Origin: Phallusia mammillata
Taxonomy: Eukaryota
DNA: 64,000 bases
Reading direction: 5' to 3'
Assembly (NCBI GenBank): GCA_965637545.1
Contig: OZ281494.1
Coordinates: forward strand, 5,084,001 to 5,148,000
Shown here one piece after another: positions 39,101 through 49,789 of this stretch. The first letter of the stretch is position 1. Each line of letters opens with the position of its first letter. The position numbers were made by a program, and so were the translations under genes. The notes under the pieces were generated by a model. It did no database searches. It saw only the letters and a list, made by a program, of their open reading frames with translations, and was not told where the DNA came from.

Positions 39101-39780
39101 CTAGTCTCTGCAGTATTTTAACTTTGCAAAATATGTCGTAATGACAATTGCACAGCAGTTTGATTTAGCTTACATGCAGGAATATACTAAAACGGAAATA
39201 GTAACAGTCGTGCAAACATGTTAATCATTTGTCGGTCATGCCGGTTATGTTGCAAGAGGAATAAGATCAAACAAAAACGGATGTAACTTTGTTGCAGACT
39301 CCAATGTAGATGATGAAGATAAGAAGACAAATACGTTTTCCCAAAGCAAAAGGAGTCGTAGCTCAATTAGCAGTACAAATTGTGTAACTTGTATTGAAAA
39401 ATGCAGTGTTGAAAGTTTAATTGTTGAATCCCTAATAAGGTCTAACATAGTTTCAATATACGAATATGCATCCTATTTGTGTCCTATTTGACTTTTTGGA
39501 CGGTTGTAAATAAGAGTGGTGTTGTTGGTTTTGGTAATTTATGCATGAATGTAGATTGGTTAAAGAAGTGGAGACGTTTTTGGAAAATGTGTTTTTCCAA
39601 CACGTCAGGAAAAAAATATTTATTTTTAGTTGCTACTCTACATTCATTCTCTAAGTTTTAAAAATTGTAGTTCGTTGCTGTTTGTCTTGGTTAAACTAGG
39701 CCAAATTTTTACTTGCAACTGCTTCTGACTTAAATATGTGCAACAATCAAAAATAAAAGAACTTCAACAACAACATCAAC

Positions 39781-42700
39781 ATGGAAAGCCGGTTAGGTAA
39801 GAAACTAATTTCTACAATTGATACAAATTGTAACAAAATACAATTTTCGATTTGCAAGACACGTTTTTCATGAACATCAACGTCATTTAAAAAAATTGCA
39901 TATAAAAACACATTTTTGTATACCTGAATGCTCTGAGCTTTTGACGAAAAAGTGGAAAAAAAATCCACTAAACCGAATGCTGTCATGCACTTTCAGAGCA
40001 ACAAGAAAGAGAACTTGTGGCGAAACTTAAAACATTCTGCAATGCGAAGGGAAAGGAAGAAAATATTTTTGAATCCTCCAAAATTATTGCTTCATTAGGA
40101 GAAGTCTACCATAAAAAATTTAACTATAACACAGTGCTAAAACTGGCCAGATTCGATGCATTGAAAAGTGCTGCCTTGTATCAGGCTGCATTAGAGCGAT
40201 GTAAGAAAAGGCCAACTTTGTTCCGCGCAATAAAACAAAAATTAATATCCTTGTACGATGATATATTTTGTGCAATCGACCAAAGAAACAACACAGAATT
40301 GATGGCAGAGATAATCAAGCAAAGTAGGAATAACTTAGATGCAATGAGAAATCAATTGATAGAAAAATTTAACCAAATAAATTACCCTTTCAAACTTGAA
40401 ACTAAAAGCAATAAGGAAGAAGAGATTAAGTTTCAAACTGTACTAGAAGAATACCAAAATGTTGTAACTGAACAATTTACTCAACTTATGAGAAATATTT
40501 TTGATCGTTGTTCCAAAGTAATAGGCAAACCCCCATGTTCTTTTGCAGTGCTGGGTTTAGGGTCTCTAGCCAAAAACGAAGTAACACCTTTCTCTGACCT
40601 TGAAAGTATTATTGTGTTGCAAAACAATGCTGTAGTTGACGATACTGTGATGAACTATTTTCGAAACTACGCAATGATGGCTCAACTTGTGGTCATCGGA
40701 CTGGGAGAGACAATTCTACCAGCAATGAGTGTAAAGTCTCTGAACGATTTTGAGACAGAGGGTGGTGACTGGTTTGTTGATGTTGTAACGAGACGCGGAC
40801 TTTCTTTTGATAGTCATCTACCTCATGCTTGTAAAAATCCATTGGGAAGATTGCCGACCAAAGAAAAACCTTGGCACACAGAATTGATACAAACTGTGGA
40901 CAATATGTTAAAGTTTGTTGATGAGGAAATAGAGCTGAAGGAAGGTTATCACCTTGCAGATATTATTTCACATTCAGTATTTGTTTCTGGAGGCAGCAAG
41001 GAAGGTCAACCATCTGGTGAAGAAGTGGCCGCAACTTTCTATAATTGCATACAATCGAAAATTGACAAAAAGATGAAAAGTCAGACAAGCAAGAGAAAAC
41101 TTATTGCAACTATTCAGGAAGACGTTTCAACGTACGGTTTTCATAAGTTGAAACATGGACAATCAGTTCACGTAAAGAAAGATCTTTACAGAGGAATTAC
41201 AATATTAATGCCACAATTAGCAATGTTGCTGGGTATCAAGGGAGGATCGTCATACATAATTATTCAGCGTTTATTTGAATGTAAAATTATAGATAACGAA
41301 TTTTGTCTCGATCTTAAAATTGCTGTGGCCATTGCCAACTATGCTCGTGCGAAAACCTACTTTGATAAAGGGGCACAATGGGATGTTCTATCTGGTGGAA
41401 AATCCCATTCTAAACAAGTAACAGACGTTTTGGAAACTCTTTCCATGTCAGGTTTGCAACTTTTGATTCGTGTAGGAACTCAGTTTCAAGAATCGTTGGC
41501 AATATCGTTTGACATCGAATGTGGAGTCAAACCATTAAAAGTAAAACATAAAAAGTATTTCCCACTCGGAAAGATATTCTTTCGTTTTGAGCAATATGAT
41601 CAGGCAATTGAATGGTTTGAGAAACAATTGGAACATCTTTTAGTGAGCTACGAAGATAACTCTTATATGAAAATCTCATACGCTTACCTAATGTTGGGCA
41701 GATGTCATTACAGCAAAAATCAACATGAAGCTGCTTCTGCATACTTCTATAAAGCTGAAAAATATTGTCATGGAGAAAACAATTTGCAACGTGGTCGTAT
41801 CCTGCTTTTCCAGGCACTTAGCGAACGAAAATTAAAAGGCATAGACACAACTCAAAGTTTGATGAAAAGGGCTCATAATTGCTTTTGCAAGTCAAAATTA
41901 TCCGAGACGGATGAATACACAATGGAGTCATTTGTCGTGATTCTGCAAAGTTTGTGTGAAGCAAATTTTGATTTAGTACCAGAACTAATTGAAATTATGG
42001 TGATTACAGGTGACCGCTTATTGAATGAAAGCAATGCACCATTTCTGGCAATCTCGCACTACAAGAATGCATTGTACGAGATGGAGAATTACTATAAGGA
42101 TGAAAGACACATATTACACATTTTGTATGTAAAGGAAGCGATAGCAGTTTGCGAAGGAAAGTTGGGTAATTATGATTCAGCGATTGATCTCTGGTTGGAA
42201 TTTGCAGAAGGGACCAAAAACACGCCAAAGCAGCATATTTTCGAAATCTCATTTCAGCCAGGGTACGACCCAATCGAATCTCTGATACAACGTCGGTCTT
42301 ACATAAGACAAGCTTTTGTGGACAATCAACACCGCATCAATGCGATTGATATCTGTTGCCAACTTGTAAAGATTGTCGATAAATGGTTGAATAGTGACTC
42401 ATCTAAGAAACTTCTACGATTCAGTGCAATGATGAACGACCTTCTTAGCAATCTTTACGAAAGAAACAAAGCTTACGATCTTGCCATTCAACACTTTAGA
42501 ATTGCGAAAGAGGTTTTTCTTGGTTTGTACCCAACGTCAAATTATGGCGAGGACAAAGAAGTTCGTCTTCGTCTACTTAACACAACAACTGGTCGAGTGG
42601 CGACAAAAGATATTTGCATGTCAGCATTAAAAGTGTTTGTCAAACTAGATCCAATGCAAACAGAATTTTATTTGTATATGGACGTTCTAAACAGATGTTG

Positions 42701-44758
42701 GGAAACATATGAGAGTCGGCTGACATCGGGATTTTGTTTGTCTCACGATAATGATTTGTTATCTGGAATTCTTACTGTTGTTGATTTGGGTTTAATTTCA
42801 GTTAAGGACTGTAATGACTGCAGATTGATGTTAAATTTTGTTCTGACTCTGGAACGCCATTCAAACACTACGTCTATAGACAATACACTGGTCAAATTTT
42901 TCATAAAATTGTTTCCAAGTTTTTGTTTGAGTACCCCAGAAAGCTTTAAGCATTTAGTTGAAGAAACCGTGGCGATTTATCGCAGTCCAAACAGGGAGGA
43001 AAAAAATATCCGTAATTTCCTGATACGTTCTTCTGCAGCAATGATAAACAAGTTCCCAAGGTTTGCATTCAATGTGCAAACGTCAACTGAAATAAGAACC
43101 ATTTTAAACGATGATAATATATTTAAAACAAAAATAGAAGAATTTTATCTTCGAGTTGCAGTTTTTAACCATTTTCAAAAGGTGAACGATCTACCAGAAG
43201 CTTTGAAGATGTTGGAACCGTTTCCTGTAAACACAAAAACGACGATATTGATGCGGATTTCGGCTGCAAAATATCTGGTGGCAAATGACAAATATACTGA
43301 GGCAACTATTGCTTACAATCTTGTCGTGACAATGGTGGCTGAGAACTTAGACATGTCGAACATTGAAAAGCAATTAATACTGGTCCGTGTAACGCTTCAC
43401 AATGCACTAACATTAATTCTTCAAAACCACCCACAACTTGCCATTTTATGGTGTGAAGATGCCCTAAATCATATTGAAAGCTATATGGAATATACAGTTG
43501 AAGATGTTACAGTGGATGAATTTAAAACACAGTTGGTAAAAATAGCCGTTAAGCTAAAGCAAAGCGAGGCACATGATGAGCTAACAAAATATAGGGCTTT
43601 GCTGTTGAATGGAAACGTAAATCTGATTTTGAAACCAACCAATATCGAGGAACTACATTTGCTTATTGAGTTGACAAACACGCCACATGTTGCAATAAAT
43701 CGAATTGACAGATTGCCGGAAATCCTCCTTAAAGCCGCATCTTCGCCAGTTTTAGTTTCTTGCAATGATACAAATAGTAAGAAGAAAGTCGTTGATTTGC
43801 TGCTTGAAAGAATCTTGGAAATTGCAACCGAACTTCCAAGTGGCTCTGATCTCCGACCCCTGGCCTATGCTTTGCGAGCGATTTGTAAACAACGACTTGT
43901 TTGTTCTGTTGAACTCTTACAAGAAGTGAACTCTATGGTAAGTGGATCAAGATTTCAACTTTTTCTTGGACCTTTTTGCGTGCCTACATGATTAGGACAA
44001 CATCTGTAGCATAAACCTGTAAAAATTCTCTGTTTTCGTTCTTACCGAAATTAAGAAATATCTGTTGGGTTTAGTTACAAAGAAAAGTCGCGTATATTTT
44101 TCAGAAATTCGTCGCTACGATAAAAGAAACTCTTTCGTTTGACGATTTCCTTGTGGCTATGCTGGCCCTTTCGACAATCTGCATGGTAAACCACCTTCCG
44201 TCCAAATCACAGCAATGCCTTCGTGAGGGTTTGCAAATGTTTAGAGGAAAAGAAAGTCCTGAAGACGACGTCTTACTCAGCCGTCAAAAGTGCGTTTAAC
44301 TTAGGCAAAATTGACATAAAACAACGCAAACCGTTATCCTATAATCTTAATCCTATAAAAATCCTATATCCAATAAATTATAGTCAAATCTAATCAATCC
44401 TCCCATTTGTAACTACCATACACTTGTACAGTATCACTTCTGATCGAATTACTACACTAACGTTAATGTGCATTTATGTTTTGGCAGGTTCCAAGTGGCC
44501 TTTCTTACTGAACTCAGCTGGTGCTGCATGCAACTGAACGAACCAATACAGGCCTGGAAGCATCTTACTTCGGCATTAAGGCTTTCCGCACAATTCGCCT
44601 ATTGCCCAGAAAAGTATCAAAGACAGTTGGTGTCTTGCGAATTGATTTCCCGCAACATGGCAACATGGACAAAAGCTGTGAAATATTTGTTGGTTTATTT
44701 TGAACGCGATTTCTTCAACATAATTGCTGAAAGTCGATTAGGATTTCAAAATGCGTAA
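39781..44758 (+). CDS. NTase-TPR paralogue copy 4, intact: nucleotidyltransferase (DUF294/GlnD/GlnE-like) plus TPR solenoid, predicted 1470 aa
   Basis: Predicted exons 39781-39796 (ATG GAA AGC CGG TTA G|GTAAG), 39997-43937, 44105-44289, 44488-44758 total 4413 nt in one open frame. Motif GLGSLAKNEVTPFSDLE at 40560-40604. TPR-like units GKIFFRFEQYDQAIEWF and LMLGRCHYSKNQHEAASAYFYKA. Exons 3-4 have homologues in copies 2 and 3. Confidence 0.88.
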
Positions 44759-44848
44759 TATCGAAATAAGGTTGTCATTTCAAGGCTATTTTTGCCGAGT
44801 AAAATCAATTCGGCAATTTGAGATTTGAAACCACAGTATGTTCTAAGC

Positions 44849-45403
44849 CAGGGGTGGGCAACATACGGCCCGCGGGCCGGATCCGGCCCGCGACGGGATT
44901 TTGAGCGGCCCGCAGACAGTTTCTGGTCTTGCATGATAATGTGGCCCACGGCCACAGTCTTCCGCAATCCCCTGCTACTCGCTTACTGCGTCAAATTGTA
45001 GTTGTAACGGACAGTAACGCTCCCCACTACCAAAAAACTTTCCCGCCGTTGTAACCATCGCACCATACGTCCATTGTTACGACATAACTGCCAACCTTGT
45101 GGGTGGCCTGATTTCTCGGTTTTCTTTCTTTCCACACGTGTAGCCTAGTTAGTGTTTCAGCAGTACCTAAGTCTGTGGTGTATGCATTAAATTTGCTGTG
45201 GTGAATAATTCTATGTTATATCAGTTAGATTGTTTGGACTGTATTGTAATTGCGTTCTTGATTGTATTTAGTTTAGGTGGTCAAAAATCCGTTTTAAATC
45301 ACTGGATAAATACGCGATTAATATATCGATTCAGGAATCCGGCCCGCCAAGTACTTCATTTTCCCATATCAGGCCCGCCGACTGGAGAAGTTGCCCGCCC
45401 CTG
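44849..45403. mobile_element. hAT (Charlie-type) MITE
   Basis: TIRs CAGGGGTGGGCAAC / GTTGCCCGCCCCTG; perfect TSD TTCTAAGC. Confidence 0.93.
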
Positions 45404-45689
45404 TTCTAAGCGGTCTTTTTTCTACGTGTTTTCAATTCTTAATATATAACTTAAAAAACTTATTATTGTACATAAAATTAATACAGAAAAGAAGTAGTAT
45501 AACTACATGATAACAGGATTCCACTGCTTGTCTGCTAAATGTCTTGCCAATCTGTGTAAATAATTGTTGGAACGATGTTGAAAATACTCTCTGATGCATA
45601 GTGACCAAAATTTTATCTTATACCTTTTCTCAATGAAAGCTTTTTTTTAGATACCTTCAAAATACGCTGTTTTTATTGTTTTTGTGGAC

Positions 45690-45850
45690 ATTGTAGTTGG
45701 GATCGTCAGTGCCATTTTCTGCTTGACTTTCTCGATTATTCACCAATGTGTCTCAAAAATGTTCGGCTGTCCGCAAGTTTATTTCACGCAACATGGCAAC
45801 ATGTGTGTACGCTGTTTAAATAATTGTTGAATCTAATTGAAACCAATAAA
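45690..45850 (+). pseudogene. Degenerate duplicate of the NTase-TPR terminal exon
   Basis: atttcacgcaacatggcaaca...gctgtttaaataattgttgaatctaattgaaacc matches copy 4 (atttcccgcaacatggcaaca) and copy 2 (gttaaatatttgttgaatctaatcaaaacc); contains stops and an indel. Confidence 0.7.
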
Positions 45851-45900
45851 TCCAGGCGGGATCGATAAACAATCAAGTTCATAAACAATTGTTAACATGT

Positions 45901-46012
45901 CGGCAAAATACATACATACGTAAGCGCACGGCAAAATACATACACATGTAAGCGCACGGCAAAATACATACACATGTAAGCGCACGGCAAAATACATACA
46001 CATGTAAGCGCA
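45901..46012 (+). repeat. 28-bp tandem repeat x4
   Basis: Unit CGGCAAAATACATACACATGTAAGCGCA, head to tail with no spacers. Confidence 0.93.
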
Positions 46013-47718
46013 TGCCGCTGTGGATCACATTTCGTTTTTACACCTTGACTGCTTTAATTGAACTTGAAACGTAGGCCAACATCTTACACTGCAGGTTTCG
46101 TGTCACACTGAGTTTAATACTTTGTTTGTGATTCACATTGACTGATTCCTATGTTTTGTCATCAATAGATGGTGTGTTTGTGGTCGAGTACCTTTTGTGG
46201 TCGAGTACCCTTCTTAAAATTCCTGGTTTAGTACATATTCATTCACTTTGTTTGTTTACTTACTCATTTACACTTTATTCTTATGTTTGTTGTCCAACAA
46301 TGTTTGTCACAACACATTTGTGTATCGTTAAAATTATCCTTCTTCTTACAGTCTCGCGCACTTCTAATCGTGATGTTGATCGGGCGCATATGCGCCTCAC
46401 AATGTACGTAATGATTTGTTATTCCTTGTACCGGTGTCGCAAAGTCGTATTATAGTGTTACACATCCGTGCACTCCTATGAGCTCTTTTATGCGTGAAAA
46501 TGTCAATTTTGCGTTTTACGGTAAGACGTTAGTGCAGGGTAACCTGGTATTTTTCAAATGCAGTTGGCGCACTATCTGTCGCTGTAAATAGAAGTGGGAA
46601 TTCTTTCTACAATTATTCAGATTAATTTGTCGATGTCGAATATGTAAAACACAGTACGGAATGTAGAATTACCTAACTAAGTTTACATATTAGTCGCCGC
46701 AAAATCTTGCTTAGCTTCCTCAGTGTTGTTTGCATAGTGTTCGTTAGATTACGTTAAACATATGTTTCGAATCTATTTAGCTGAATGTGGAAAATATCAA
46801 TTATTCCAAATCAAATTAATCTGTACACATATTATGTTGTATAATAGATATTATACGGGGCTTAAGGAACTCAATGCCTTTAACGTTACGTCATATTCGT
46901 ACATCCGGTTGCATTTTCAAAATAGAACGGTGGCTGTTCGCAACCTGCAGGCCTATCATTCACATCACACATGCCAGATTATTAAAGAGATTTTACATGG
47001 CGCAAAACCATGCTCAGCGGATTTTAATTGTTATGGCAGGTTGCATTGAATTGTTGGGGAATTTTCTTAAGTAACTACGACTTATACTGCATCATTTCTA
47101 GTTTATTACTAATTTATGAACTAAACAACTGTCCTATCCGATTTTGTTGTTAAGGTTTTTCATCTCTCACATCATTGGAACACGTGGGACACAAGAACAA
47201 GAAGGTCCAAGAAGACTTTTATAATCTTAAGATGACAGTCGCGTGAAAATAGATACCAACCGACAAAACCACTTCGTCGACGCGATGTTTTATAAGTGGG
47301 TGTAAAATGTAAAATAATAATAAAACCATAACAATCAATCATTAGGTATTGCGTTGCGGATGCAAATCGATAAGGGTCTCCCATGGGCTGTTTCCTTCAC
47401 ACCCACAGTCTTTGCCGTTACGTCATCTTCATGTAATGAAAAATAAAAAAACACTACCAGTAGCTTGAACGAAATGCTAAAACCATTGCCTATAAATGCA
47501 AAAAAAAAGCATTAATGCAAATGTCTAAGTAATCAGACATGTTTAAAACAACGAAAATTGTTTACCTCTGGGTATAAGAATTCAGGTCACTCTTAAACTT
47601 TGAAACACATTTGGGTGAAAAGTATGTAAACTTGTGGTTTAGAAACCGTTTAAACCTGTGCGGTATAATTTAATCACGAACAAGGACAAAGTTAAGATAC
47701 AAAAACAACACTGAAGTT

Positions 47719-48027
47719 CAGGGGTCGGCAACCTTTTAGGCGACGCGTACCAAATTGCTTGTTATTTCCATGTGTTAATGACTTTGCGTGCCAACGTTTT
47801 TCTGAATAATAGTGGTTCGTGCCGGCTGATATCAATAATAAAGAGAAACGAGAGTGTTTTGTGGGTGTAAGACTGTATTTTAGGACATTGGTATAAGAAA
47901 AACTGTAAACACGCAGTGTAACAGGTTAAACTGTTACTTCAATTTGACACGCAAATCGGTTGGCGTGTCATGCAAAACCACCTCGCGTGCCAACTTTAAC
48001 ACGCGTGCCACGGGTTGCCGACCCCTG
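47719..48027. mobile_element. hAT (Charlie-type) MITE
   Basis: TIRs CAGGGGTCGGCAACC / GGTTGCCGACCCCTG; TSD CTGAAGTT / CTGTAGTT. Confidence 0.9.
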
Positions 48028-49789
48028 CTGTAGTTGTTTAGTACAACAACATAGCGAACAAAAAGCAATGTATGTATATATACAATTAAGTTAGTTAAGA
48101 AGGATGGTGTTTACAAAATAAAGAATTTAGCTAGCTTATAGATATCTTTTTGGTTTATATTTCTACACGTTTATGAACATGCCGTTTAAATTTAGCCTTT
48201 GTAAAAACACCTGTCAAAGTTGTGGTAACTAAAACCTACATCTGAAGTTCTAATCCGACAGGAAAGCATTTTATGTCTCATCATTTAAAATGCAGTACAG
48301 CACAACAATTCCTTGCGACCCGTTCACCAAGCTGTGAATGTACATGAACACCTCGTTCGAAATCTCGCTTCTAAAATCTGTAAAAATGCCATCATCCAGG
48401 TTCCGCCAAGCATGAGAAAAAATGATTTCGCTGCTCGTATTGCATCCTTTTTTCTATATCTTCACTTCTGTTTCGCATCTTTTTCGAGTTCAAAATCACA
48501 TACGTTGTCTTCAGTATGATCAATTAGTTGACCGTTGCATAAAATATTGGAGTACCCGGATTCAACCAGCATATGTCATACTTGAGAAATCGTTCAGAAA
48601 TCTTGTTTATACGTTTGGCATTTATTGAATAACATCTGGGCTTTCATGTACATATCAAGGCGAAACCCCACGCCCGCAGCTGAAACAACAATAAACAGCG
48701 GAATAATCCAATTCCAGCCGATGAAAAGGGAGATTTTAAATCGTTGCAAAGGCTCTTGTGCTCGAAAAATGTACAAGAATAAGGTTGCCATTAGTAGACG
48801 AATTCCTTCCACAAGGGACCACTCTCCGAAAACAAAGCATGTCTTCGAGATGCTCATCTTACCTTAATGCCTATTGGTATGTTAATAGTTTCCAAAGACA
48901 AGCACAAAGTCAAGCACCTATTATTTAAGATATAATATATAATACAGTCGAAGACTTATCGAGTTTGGCCACTTTTTGTTGTGCTCGATTGTTGTCTGCA
49001 TCCCAGAGTCGTAAGTCAGGCCGCGTTCGGGCTTAAGTTTCTAAAAAGCGGGTTTGATTCGGCCCCTTCACACTCTGTGTCAGTAATGTGTTGTTTTGTC
49101 TGATTACACCCACATTGCCATACGCCGTTACGTCATCTTGACGCAATATCCGTTGTCTATTAATATCTTAAGAAGGAAACCGCAGTTGCTCATATTGTTC
49201 TTATAAAGTTCTTAGTGGGTGTTACTCTCAGTACTTGCAGTTAACTGGCATGTAAGGATTTTATCATTTTATTTCTTCGTGCAAAGTATGATTGTTAGTA
49301 ATGTCACTAGCACGTAGCAGTAACCAGGCACCAATAAAACCCAAAGCAAAAAAAAATGTTGAAAGCATATACTGACTACGGTAGTGTGTTGCAAACCCTG
49401 GCACTATAAGATCGACAAAATTTAATTCTTTAATCTACAGCCCTTAGTCAGTCGCAAATAATCGAGGTACAGATACGTACGTCAATGTTAAGCTGTTGAT
49501 GCAAGCGCCAACTCATAAGGACTCACAACATACTAATACTTAATGCTAATAGTGCTGTTTATGAAATTGAAGAACGAGTATAAACCAACTACAGTATCAG
49601 TTTCTAGCTATTTATGATAATGTTTACTTGAATATGAAATATTGATGTTTTATGTCTGTATTGTTTGTACACAGGACTTCAGTAAACCAAATTGATTGTT
49701 GATAGTAAACCCAACTGATTACTGCTTTATAGTTCAGTGTGTTGCCAAACGTAACTGGGTTAGCAATGACCAGAAAAGTTTCCAGCGAC

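Noticed and set aside
45901-46012. 28-bp direct repeats resembling a CRISPR array
   Set aside because: Head to tail with no unique spacers, no cas genes, eukaryotic context.
48300-48870. Possible decayed LINE RT (QGET-like and FxDD-like traces)
   Set aside because: Too degenerate to support without an alignment.
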